Shown: positions 9,890 through 18,139, counted from the first letter of the stretch. The stretch: DNA of 32,000 bases from Nitratidesulfovibrio vulgaris str. Hildenborough (GCF_000195755.1 NC_002937.3:120001-152000), one strand, 5' to 3'. Numbers and translations are program-made. The notes: generated from the letters alone by a model not told the origin.

Positions 9890-11182
9890 TCAGCGGCTGG
9901 CGAGGTCGAAGCGGACGGGCAGCAGTACCCATGTGGGTACGGCGCGTCCTTCGCGTCTGCCGGGGGCGAAGCGCCACCGGGCCACAGCCTCCATGGCGCT
10001 CTGGTCGAAGATGCCGGGCGGGGTGGATTCCACGACGGAAAGGTGACCGGGGGCACCGTTCTCATGCACCAGAAGGCGCAGCACGACCCGGCCCTCGGTC
10101 CCTGTACGGCGTGCCCGGCGCGGGTAGTCCGGGGGCACCTTGCTGCAGACGGACGGGGGGGCGTCCACGTCGGCGAGGGCATACCCGAAGGGGGTTGCCG
10201 GACCTGCCTCGCCGTGCCCTGACGACTTGCCTTGCCCTGTCTTGGCGGTTTCGCCGCTGCCGCTGCCGCTGTTGTCGCCGGTGATGTCGCCGGTGCCGTC
10301 GTTGCCACTGCGCGGGGCAGCGTTGGCTGGTGTCCCCGATGTCGCCTTTGTTGCGGATGCCGGGGCAGTGGCTTCATGCGCAGGCGTGTCGGGCGGTGAG
10401 GTGACGTCTGTTGCCGTCGTATCGCTAGGGTGTGTCGTCGCGGCGGTGGGCTTTTCGGGCACAGGTTTCGGGGCGGGCTGTGCAGTTTTCATTTCGGGCC
10501 GATTGTCTACTCGCTTCTCGGGCCGCTTGTCGTGTCGGGGCGCGATGTCCCTCGGGCTTGTCTTGGCGGCTTGGCTGCGTTGGGTGGGCGTGGTTTCCGG
10601 TCGCGTTACCGTCTCTTGCTGCGTCTGCTGTGAAGGGTGGGGCGTGGCTGATTCACGGGACATGCGCCCCGAAGGTTCAGCAGGTGCCCCCGATGTGCCC
10701 TGCCCTGCGCCACCCGGCAGGCTTGCGAGGCTGACCATCATGTGCCCCGTCGACGAGGACGTGATGGTGCTGCCCCCAAGGGGGGCGGCTACCAGTGTCG
10801 CCACGGCGCACAGGTGGACGAGTACCGAACCCCACACCCCGCGCCAGCTGGCAAGTCGCGTTCCCATGCCCTTTGCTGTGAAGGTCTTCCGGCTGCAACC
10901 CGTGTGCAGGGAGGGCATGTCCGGCAGCGGCTGTCCTGCGGCTGGCGGGGTGTTCTTCTTCGATTCCTCCGGCTGTGCGGCAACAAGCCCATCAGCACAC
11001 GATTGTGGCACTGCGTCCGTTGCCCCGTCCCGGGCGTGGCATCTCGTCATGTTTCCCCAGTCCCACGCCGGAGGCGTGCACACGACCGGCGTCTCCTCTT
11101 CGACGGGGGGATTGGCGCGCGCCAGCCTTCCGGGGTCGCGCCCGGAGTGCGTCAATGAACCCGGTTTGTTGCGTGTTGACAT
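9890..11182 (-). CDS. TonB-family energy transducer (start uncertain; alternative ATG at 10867)
   Basis: TM helix with the S-x3-H motif (GSVLVHLCAV), a long P/T/S/A-rich spacer, and a C-terminal TonB fold (PPDYPRRARRTGTEGRVVLRLLVHENGAPGHLSVVESTPPGIFDQSAMEAVARWRFAP). The first ATG would give an unusually long ~120-aa cytoplasmic N-terminus and has only a poorly spaced GAGG. Confidence 0.8.
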   Translation of the reverse strand: MSTRNKPGSLTHSGRDPGRLARANPPVEEETPVVCTPPAWDWGNMTRCHARDGATDAVPQSCADGLVAAQPEESKKNTPPAAGQPLPDMPSLHTGCSRKTFTAKGMGTRLASWRGVWGSVLVHLCAVATLVAAPLGGSTITSSSTGHMMVSLASLPGGAGQGTSGAPAEPSGRMSRESATPHPSQQTQQETVTRPETTPTQRSQAAKTSPRDIAPRHDKRPEKRVDNRPEMKTAQPAPKPVPEKPTAATTHPSDTTATDVTSPPDTPAHEATAPASATKATSGTPANAAPRSGNDGTGDITGDNSGSGSGETAKTGQGKSSGHGEAGPATPFGYALADVDAPPSVCSKVPPDYPRRARRTGTEGRVVLRLLVHENGAPGHLSVVESTPPGIFDQSAMEAVARWRFAPGRREGRAVPTWVLLPVRFDLASR

Positions 11183-11209
11183 GCGCTGGAATTGCCTCTA
11201 GCAGTGTGT

Positions 11210-11228
11210 TACGAATTATATTTTCGTA
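11210..11228. promoter_or_regulatory. AT-rich inverted repeat TACGAA-N7-TTCGTA in the divergent tonB/receptor promoter region (candidate Fur-family or other metalloregulator operator)
   Basis: Read directly: TACGAA 11210-11215, spacer TTATATT, TTCGTA 11223-11228. It sits inside the only AT-rich patch (11205-11260) between the two divergent genes. A second inverted repeat, GTCACAC-N13-GTGTGAC, lies at 11259-11285. Confidence 0.35.
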
Positions 11229-11346
11229 TGAACTGAACTCATATTCATCTATCAAAATGTCACACTGATGGGCAAGCCGTGTGACGCATCAGGCCTTTTT
11301 CGGGTCTGGCGAAAGCGCGGCGTGGGTGTGGCGACCGGGAGGCAGC

Positions 11347-13296
11347 ATGGGCAAGAGGCTGATGGCGGCACTGGCACTGGCGGCGATGGTCTGTGCCGGT
11401 ACGGCACACGCAGAGGACGCACCCCCCGCATCCGGCGGGGCGACATTGCTTGAAGAGGAGGTGGTGGTCTCCGCGCCCATCATCGAAGGCAACGAGGTGA
11501 CACGGTACGCGGGGCAGTACACCGAGGTCACGCAGGAGCAGATTACCGACCTCAACGCGCAGGACATGTCATCCGCCCTGCGACGCACCCCCGGCGTGAA
11601 CATCTCCCGCTACAATCCCGTGGGGTCGTTCGGCGGTGCCGAAGGCGGTGGTGTCTTCATCCGGGGCATGGGTTCCAGCCGTCCCGGCAGCGAAATCATG
11701 ACCATGTACGACGGTGTGCCGCGCTACAACCCTGTCTTCAGCCATCCCTTGCTCGATATGCTGCCCATGGACCCGGCACAGTCCATCCGCGTGTACAAGG
11801 GGGTGCAGCCCACAGAATTCGGCAACGCCTTCTCCGCCATCGACGTCATCCCCAAGCGCATGACCGAAGACGGCTACCGCACGCGCCTGTTCACCTCGTA
11901 CGGCAGCTACAACACCTTCACGCAGGGGGTGGAACACGGCGGCAAGCAGGGTGGCGTCGACTACTACGCCGGACAGAGTGTGCGTCTCTCCGACGGGCAC
12001 CGTGAGCATTCCGACGGGCAGATAGAGAACTACTTCGGCAGACTCGGCTACGACCTGTATGAGAACTGGAACGTATCGTGGTTCGGCAACGTGACGCGCA
12101 ACGTGGCACGCGACCCCGGCAGCAGCCTCTCTACGGGCAACGACGGGCGTTTCTACACCGACGACGTGCTCAACGTGATCACCCTCGCCAACGACTACGG
12201 CGATGCCGACGGACACATCAAGGTCTACTGGAACAACGGCTACGCCAACTGGGCAGGGCAGAAGGGCAATGCCGACACGACCATCAGCGACTGGGACCTC
12301 TACGGGCTGCGCGCCCGCGAGGCGTTTCGCGCGTGGGAGGGCGGTGAGGTGACGGCGGGCTTCGACTACGACGTCATGAGCGGCAAGGCCCTTTTCGAGA
12401 ACGACAACGGCACCTCGTCGGAGTTCGAACGTGAGGACTTCGTCCTCTTCTCGCCCTACGCCGCCGTGAGTCACGAGTTCGGTTCCCGTGACGATTTCTA
12501 CGCCATTCCCTCGGCGGGGATGCGTTTCTACACGCATAACGAGTTCGGCGACCAGGTGGCACCCCATACCGGACTCGTCTTCGGGTACCGCGACACGGAA
12601 CTTCACGCGGGCTACGCACGCGGCGTCAACTACCCCGGTCTGAACGTGGCGGTGTTCTCCGAGAACGTCATTCCACCCATCATGGGCGGCCCCTTCCGTG
12701 ACGACTGGAAGAACCTCGACCCCGAACTCGTCGACCATTTCGAAGCGGGCGTCAGCCAGAAGCTGTGGGGCAAGGTGAAGGCCGACCTCACCGCGTTCTG
12801 GGATGAGGGAACCGACCGTTACGCGGTGGTGCAGGGAACGCCGAAGCGGTTCCGCAACATCGAATCGTTCACCATCCAGGGGCTTGAGGGCACCCTGACC
12901 TACACCCCCTTCGCCGACCTTTCGGTGTACGCCGGGGCCACATGGCTGGACACCTTCCCGAGTGACCTCCCCTATGCGCCCGAGTGGACCTTCAGCGCGG
13001 GCCTCAACTGGCGCTTCCTGCAACACTTCAGGCTCAGTCTCGACGCACAGTATGTGACGGGCGAGCAGGTACTGAGTCAGGGCCGCACGGAGAATGCCGT
13101 CAATGCGAGCGAGGTCGACCCCTACCATGTGGTGAACGGCCGCATCGCCTATGTCTTCGACTACGCGCCGTGGGAAATCAAGGAAGCAGAGGTCTACCTC
13201 GCGCTGGAGAACATCACCGACTCGGACTACGAATACCGCCCCGGTTACCGTATGCCGGGTTCCAGTGCCACGGTGGGGTTGAGCGTGACCTTCTAG
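11347..13296 (+). CDS. TonB-dependent outer-membrane receptor, 649 aa
   Basis: I trimmed the start to the ATG at 11347, which follows GGGAGG. Signal peptide MGKRLMAALALAAMVCAGTAHA, TonB box EEVVVSA, plug motifs (RRTPGVNISR, FIRGMGS), beta-barrel repeats, and a terminal aromatic residue in ...GLSVTF. Confidence 0.9.
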   Translation: MGKRLMAALALAAMVCAGTAHAEDAPPASGGATLLEEEVVVSAPIIEGNEVTRYAGQYTEVTQEQITDLNAQDMSSALRRTPGVNISRYNPVGSFGGAEGGGVFIRGMGSSRPGSEIMTMYDGVPRYNPVFSHPLLDMLPMDPAQSIRVYKGVQPTEFGNAFSAIDVIPKRMTEDGYRTRLFTSYGSYNTFTQGVEHGGKQGGVDYYAGQSVRLSDGHREHSDGQIENYFGRLGYDLYENWNVSWFGNVTRNVARDPGSSLSTGNDGRFYTDDVLNVITLANDYGDADGHIKVYWNNGYANWAGQKGNADTTISDWDLYGLRAREAFRAWEGGEVTAGFDYDVMSGKALFENDNGTSSEFEREDFVLFSPYAAVSHEFGSRDDFYAIPSAGMRFYTHNEFGDQVAPHTGLVFGYRDTELHAGYARGVNYPGLNVAVFSENVIPPIMGGPFRDDWKNLDPELVDHFEAGVSQKLWGKVKADLTAFWDEGTDRYAVVQGTPKRFRNIESFTIQGLEGTLTYTPFADLSVYAGATWLDTFPSDLPYAPEWTFSAGLNWRFLQHFRLSLDAQYVTGEQVLSQGRTENAVNASEVDPYHVVNGRIAYVFDYAPWEIKEAEVYLALENITDSDYEYRPGYRMPGSSATVGLSVTF

Positions 13297-13406
13297 CATG
13301 ACCGGGGCGGCTTTCGCCGCCGCACTGTGGGATGACGCCCGTCCCCTGCCGCATGTCGGCGGGGGGCGGGCATACCGCGCCTTGGCGCGAAGAGGAGCGA
13401 AAGGGA

Positions 13407-14933
13407 ATGACACCTCTCCACGGGGCTGCGACCCCGGCATCCGCTTCTGCCGCTGGCAGCATGAAGGCCAGCCACGAGGCGTCGGCCGACCCGCGTTCAC
13501 GGTTCTTCGACGAACGTGCCGCCACATGGGAGCAGCGCTGCTACCCGCCTGAAGCACGCCGGAGGCTGGCTGCGCTCGTCCCGCGTTTCGGCGTGGAACG
13601 CGGTGACTGCGTGCTGGACATGGGCACGGGCACGGGAGTGCTCATCCCGTACCTTCGCGATGGCGTGGGCGATGCAGGGCGCATCCTGTCCTTCGACGTG
13701 TCCTTCGAGATGGTCCGCCGTGCGGGCTGCAAGGAACGCGACGCCAAGGGGCTGTGCGTGCAGGCCACGGCCATGCGCATTCCCGCCCGTGACGGCGTCT
13801 TCGACCGCGTCGTATGCTTCGCGGCCTTTCCCCACTTCGCGGACAAGCCAGCCGCCATGCGCGAGATGGCGCGGGTGGTGCGCCCCGGAGGCGAGGTCGT
13901 CATCGCCCACCTGTTGAGCCGTGCCGAACTCGCCCGACACCACGGCGGGCATCCTGCCGTGGCCGAAGACGCGCTGCCCGATGATGCGACCATGCGTGGG
14001 CTGATGCACGACGCGGGCCTTGTGGAAGGTTCCATCACCGACGGCCCCGGCATGTACGTCGCCCGCGCCCGCAAGCCGCGCACTTGCCGCGCCGGGGAGG
14101 GTGGCGTGCCCGGTACGCCCGGTACGCCCGGAGGGCGTGCGGGCGGTTCAGCGGGTGGGGAGGGTGCGGAGTCTGCCATCGCCGGTGACGCGGAAGGGAA
14201 CGGTTCCGGTGTGGAGGCGGGTTTCGAGGCGCGACGGGTGTTCACCGCCTTGAAACAGAACGACGCCATGCACCACTCCGCCGTCTATGGTGTGCTCTCC
14301 GGCTTGCTTCGTGCCTTTGCCTGCGATGCAGCCCTCCCGCACGGTGCACCGGGCCAGGGGGGCGCGTTGCGTATCCTCGACGTGGGATGCGGCGAGGCCG
14401 CCGACGTGGTGCAGGCCCTCGAGGGCGTCACGGTGGGGGCCTACACGGGGGTGGATACGTCCGCGCCAGCGCTGGCCGAGGCGCGGCGGCATCTTGCCGC
14501 ACTGGGGTGCCCGGTGACCCTCATCGAGGGCGACTACCGCCTTGCGCTGAACACGTCGCAAGGCAGTGTCGACGTCCTGTGGATGGGACTGTTCCTGCAT
14601 CACCTTCCGCGCGCCCTGAAGGCGGACTTTCTGCACACGGCCCATGGACTGCTGGCACCCGGTGGCATGGTGCTGGCGCATGACCCCATCATGGGCGAGG
14701 ACGACACGCGCGAGACCATGCTGGCACGCATGGAGGCCATCGGGCGGGAACGCTGGCATTTCCTGACGCCTGAAGAGGTGGGCATGGTGCATCGGCACTG
14801 GTCGTGCCACGGGCATCAGGAACGTTTCAGCGACCTGTGCGCACTGGGAGAGGCCGCCGGTTTCGAGGTGGACATGGTGTGGCACGACGCCGACCGGACT
14901 TACGGGCTGGTGCGTTTCATGCGGCGCGGCTGA
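13407..14933 (+). CDS. fusion of two class I SAM-dependent methyltransferase domains, ~508 aa (start uncertain: 13332/13407/13461)
   Basis: Domain 1 carries motif I VLDMGTGTGV, plus FDRVVCFAAFPHF and VRPGGEVVIAH (UbiE/COQ5-like). A G/A/P-rich linker contains PGTPGTPG. Domain 2 carries ILDVGCGEAAD...VDVLWMGLFLHH...LAPGGMVLAHDP. GAGGAG lies 9 nt before the ATG at 13407. Confidence 0.8.
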   Translation: MTPLHGAATPASASAAGSMKASHEASADPRSRFFDERAATWEQRCYPPEARRRLAALVPRFGVERGDCVLDMGTGTGVLIPYLRDGVGDAGRILSFDVSFEMVRRAGCKERDAKGLCVQATAMRIPARDGVFDRVVCFAAFPHFADKPAAMREMARVVRPGGEVVIAHLLSRAELARHHGGHPAVAEDALPDDATMRGLMHDAGLVEGSITDGPGMYVARARKPRTCRAGEGGVPGTPGTPGGRAGGSAGGEGAESAIAGDAEGNGSGVEAGFEARRVFTALKQNDAMHHSAVYGVLSGLLRAFACDAALPHGAPGQGGALRILDVGCGEAADVVQALEGVTVGAYTGVDTSAPALAEARRHLAALGCPVTLIEGDYRLALNTSQGSVDVLWMGLFLHHLPRALKADFLHTAHGLLAPGGMVLAHDPIMGEDDTRETMLARMEAIGRERWHFLTPEEVGMVHRHWSCHGHQERFSDLCALGEAAGFEVDMVWHDADRTYGLVRFMRRG

Positions 14934-15035
14934 GACCGGCGGTCCCGCGATACCCCTATACGCATCAATGTGACCCGCTGGCTGGCTGCGGCCCGACGCG
15001 GTCCCTAATCCCGGGCAGGCCGACCGTTGCGGAAG

Positions 15036-15050
15036 TGGCACGCCGGTCGC
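15036..15050 (+). promoter_or_regulatory. candidate sigma54 (-24/-12) promoter for the ABC importer genes
   Basis: TGGCACGccggTCGCg compared with the consensus TGGCACG-N4-TTGCW. The -24 element is perfect, the GG to GC spacing is exactly 12, and the -12 element has one mismatch. It lies 71 nt upstream of the SBP ATG. Confidence 0.5.
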
Positions 15051-15120
15051 GGTGCAGGCGGGCACGCCGCCGGCTTTCAGTGGTGGATTGCACGGTACAT
15101 GAGCCCGTGAAGGAGGCGAT

Positions 15121-16113
15121 ATGAACGAAGTACATCCAGATGTCGGGCGAGGCATGGCCTTGTGTGCCGGGCCTGTGGCCTTGGCGTCCGCGCTGGTCAT
15201 CCTGATGCTCTCGTGCTTCATGATGGCCCCTTCAGAGGCGCGGGCTGCGGAACGCCTCATGGTGCTCACGGGCACGACCCTCATCGAGGACGTGGTCAAG
15301 GACGTGGGAGGCGCGCGCGTGGAGACGCGCACCGTCATTCCGGGGGCCGCGTGCCCCGGGCATTACGACATGCGCGCCTCGGATATCGCAGCCTTCGCCC
15401 GTGCCGACATCATCCTGCTGCACGACTGGCAACGCGGGCAGAGTCACATCAAGGCCATGCTCGCCACCGACGCAGGCGCGGCAGGCAAGGTGCGTGTGCC
15501 CGAAGCCCCCGGAAACTGGATGCTCCCACAGGTGCAGGCGCGCGGTACTGCTGCTGTGACCGCCCTGCTGGCAGAGGCCGATACGGCGTTCGCAGAAGAC
15601 TACGCCCGTCGCGGTGGTGAGCGAGTTGCCCGCATCGGGGCCGTGGGCGAAGAGGTGCGCGAGGCCGTGAAGCGCACCGGAGTCGTGGGTCAGCCTGTCA
15701 TTGCCGACGCCATGCAACGGCCGTTGCTGGAGTGGATGGGCTTGCGCGTGGTGGCCGACTATGGGCGCTTCGAGGAGATGGGCGCAGAGGCCCTCGGGCG
15801 GGCCATGACCGCCGCGCGCGAGGCCGGGGCGGTGCTGGCCGTGGACAACCTGCAATCCACGGGCGGGGCAGGGGCGGCCCTTGCCGCTGACCTCGGTGCA
15901 CGGCATGTGGTGCTCACCAACTTCCCCGGTGGGTTCCCGGATGCGCCGGACTGGGAGTCGTCGCTTCGCCGAAACGTCGAAATCGTGCTGGGGGCCTTGC
16001 GTGACAGCGTCTCGGTTGCCGAGGCTCATGGCGACGGGGGTACGATGTCGCCGGTACCCGTCGCATCGACCACACTCCGTACCGCATGTCCTGCGCCTGT
16101 GGGCCTTCCATGA
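15121..16113 (+). CDS. metal-cation ABC transporter substrate-binding protein (ZnuA/TroA-like, divergent)
   Basis: AAGGAGG RBS, a signal-peptide-like N-terminus, and the overall cluster A-I pattern (LTGTTLIEDVVKDVGG...VIPGAACPGHYDMRASDIAAFARADIILLHDW). The stop overlaps the ATPase start (ATGA). Confidence 0.75.
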   Translation: MNEVHPDVGRGMALCAGPVALASALVILMLSCFMMAPSEARAAERLMVLTGTTLIEDVVKDVGGARVETRTVIPGAACPGHYDMRASDIAAFARADIILLHDWQRGQSHIKAMLATDAGAAGKVRVPEAPGNWMLPQVQARGTAAVTALLAEADTAFAEDYARRGGERVARIGAVGEEVREAVKRTGVVGQPVIADAMQRPLLEWMGLRVVADYGRFEEMGAEALGRAMTAAREAGAVLAVDNLQSTGGAGAALAADLGARHVVLTNFPGGFPDAPDWESSLRRNVEIVLGALRDSVSVAEAHGDGGTMSPVPVASTTLRTACPAPVGLP

Positions 16114-17087
16114 ACACGGTGCATCCTGAAACGCCTGCAACTGGCATGTGCACCGCGTATTCCTCCGACTGTCCGCCTGCTTCGTCCGCCTTGCATGGCG
16201 GTCCGGCAGCGCCCCCGGCTGCCGTCGCGGCGCCTGTGGTGTCGCTGCGCGAGGTCTCCGTCGTCCGGCGGGGCAGGTGCATCCTCGCGGTGGAGTCGTT
16301 CGAAGCGCAGTCCGGTGAATTCGTGGTCGTGGTCGGCCCCAACGGGGCCGGAAAATCCACACTCCTCGGCGTGATGAACGGCTTCGTCCGCCCCGCTTTT
16401 TTCAGGCCCGCCTTCTTCAGGCCCGGCAGTGGCGGCCCCGGCAACGGCAGGGCCGAGGTGCTGGGGTGCGACATGCGCTCCTTCGGGGGCTGGCGGGTGC
16501 GCAAGCGTGTCGCCCTCGTTGCGCAGATGGTGGACGTGGATGCACGGCTGCCCATAAGCGTTCTCGAGACGGTGATGGTGGGCGGCTACGGCAGGCTGGG
16601 GCTGTGGCGCAGGCCCGGAAAGGCATTGCGCGAACTTGCGTTGTCGCACCTCGAACGCACGGGTATCGCGCATCTGGCGCATCGTCCCTTCGGGCAATGT
16701 TCGGGTGGTGAGCGACAGCGGGCGGCCATTGCCCGTGCCCTCACGCAGGAACCCGACATCCTGCTTCTGGATGAGCCCACCTCGGCCCTCGACTGGCATG
16801 CCCAGCGGGGCATCCTCGCGCTGGTGGCCGACATCCATGCCGAACGCCGCCATACGGCGCGCCCGCTGACCACGGTGATGGTCACGCACGACCTCAACGC
16901 CCTGTATCACGGTGGCGAGGGTGAGGCGCGGCGCACCGTGCCCGACCGGGTGGTGTGCATGGCAGAGGGCCGTGTGACATGGTCGGGGCCCGTGGCGGAC
17001 GCACTGGACGCCGAACGCCTGACGGCCCTGTACGGAACCCCCATCGACATCATCCGTCACGGGCCTCGGCCCGTGGTTCTGTTCTAG
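16110..17087 (+). CDS. metal ABC transporter ATPase with N-terminal extension and RPAFF repeat insert
   Basis: Walker A GPNGAGKST, signature CSGGERQRAAIARAL, Walker [14 protein letters not shown]-loop VTHD. The start is placed at the ATG that overlaps the SBP stop; the in-frame ATG at 16086 is also possible. Confidence 0.85.
   Translation: MNTVHPETPATGMCTAYSSDCPPASSALHGGPAAPPAAVAAPVVSLREVSVVRRGRCILAVESFEAQSGEFVVVVGPNGAGKSTLLGVMNGFVRPAFFRPAFFRPGSGGPGNGRAEVLGCDMRSFGGWRVRKRVALVAQMVDVDARLPISVLETVMVGGYGRLGLWRRPGKALRELALSHLERTGIAHLAHRPFGQCSGGERQRAAIARALTQEPDILLLDEPTSALDWHAQRGILALVADIHAERRHTARPLTTVMVTHDLNALYHGGEGEARRTVPDRVVCMAEGRVTWSGPVADALDAERLTALYGTPIDIIRHGPRPVVLF
16389..16424 (+). repeat. in-frame imperfect 15-nt tandem duplication encoding RPAFF-RPAFF-RP inside the ATPase
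   Basis: cgc ccc gct ttt ttc agg ccc gcc ttc ttc agg ccc. It is inserted where ABC ATPases normally read G-x-x-x-P-x-x-G. Confidence 0.8.
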
Positions 17088-17095
17088 GAGGCCGC

Positions 17096-17932
17096 GTGGG
17101 TTCGTCACCGTTCGATCATGCCTTCATGCTGCATGCCCTCGCCGCAGGCGCCCTCGCCGGAGTGGCCTGTTCCGTGGCGGGGGTCTTCGCCGTGCTGATG
17201 CGGCTGACGTTCATCGGGGTGTGCCTCGCCCATGCCGCGTTCGCCGGAGGCTTGCTGGCACTGGCCTTCGGACTGCCCTCGCTGCCCGCAGCCCTTGCCA
17301 GCAGCATGGTCGCCGCACTGGTGGTCGGGCCACTGGCTGACAGGGGTGAGATTTCGCCCGACACCGCCGTGGGTATCGTCTTCTCGGCCATGATAGGTGT
17401 CGCCGTCCTGTGCATGGGGCTGTTGCCCGGCCCCAAGACCGAGGCCCTGAACCTGTTCTGGGGGTCGATACTCACCGTGCGCCCCCGCGACGTGTGGCTG
17501 CTTGCGGCGGTGGCGGGAGTCGCCGTCGTGGGTGTCGCGGTGTTCTTCAAGGAAGTGCAGGCGGTGGCGTGCCACCGTTCTGTGGCCGCTGCCGTGGGCA
17601 TACCCGCCACGGCGGTGTTCTACGCCATCCTGCTGCAGACCGGGGTGACGGTCACGGCGTGCCTGCCCAGCGTGGGCGGGTTGCTGGTCTACAGCCTTCT
17701 GGTGAGCCCCGCTGCCGCTGCCTATCAGCTCACCTACAGCCTCGGGCGCATGTTCCTGCTGGCGATGTTCTTCGGAGCCCTGTCGGGCGTGGGGGGAGTG
17801 CTGGTGGCGTGGTATCTCGACGTTCCCGCAGGGGCGGCGGTGGTGCTCTTCTCTTGTGCGCTGTTCCTGCTGGCCGCGTGGTTCTCGCCCAAGCGAGACC
17901 GGGCTGCGCGGTCGGCCTCTTCGAGGGGGTGA
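17096..17932 (+). CDS. metal ABC transporter permease (ABC-3 / ZnuB-TroCD family)
   Basis: GTG start at 17096, 5 nt after AGGAG and 8 nt after the ATPase stop. This start keeps the family-typical N-terminus SPFDHAFMLHALAAG. The protein has about 8 TM helices. Confidence 0.85.
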   Translation: MGSSPFDHAFMLHALAAGALAGVACSVAGVFAVLMRLTFIGVCLAHAAFAGGLLALAFGLPSLPAALASSMVAALVVGPLADRGEISPDTAVGIVFSAMIGVAVLCMGLLPGPKTEALNLFWGSILTVRPRDVWLLAAVAGVAVVGVAVFFKEVQAVACHRSVAAAVGIPATAVFYAILLQTGVTVTACLPSVGGLLVYSLLVSPAAAAYQLTYSLGRMFLLAMFFGALSGVGGVLVAWYLDVPAGAAVVLFSCALFLLAAWFSPKRDRAARSASSRG

Positions 17933-18139
17933 ACCTGCCTTTCGTGCAGCACGCCAGCCATTGGCAGGGCGTGAGTCCGCTGCGGGGCGAGTCAGCGTTC
18001 TTGCGGCACATCGGGCCATGCATCCGAACGCTTGTCCGGTCGTGCCCTCGTTCGCCGTCCTGACGACCTGTCCGGGCGGACGCTCCATCGTTCAGCCCAT
18101 ATGTCGGGCTTTCCCTGTGTCCACCCGCCTGAAACATGA

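Noticed and set aside
11286-11346. Possible cobalamin or other riboswitch ahead of the BtuB-sized receptor
   Set aside because: The leader is only about 60-100 nt, and I see no B12-box-like sequence or multi-stem architecture. The associated ABC system is Znu/Tro-type, not BtuCDF-type.
11569-13557. 662-aa minus-strand ORF
   Set aside because: It is antisense to the TonB-dependent receptor. Its composition is dominated by G/V/R/H/A, and it has no RBS or domain pattern.
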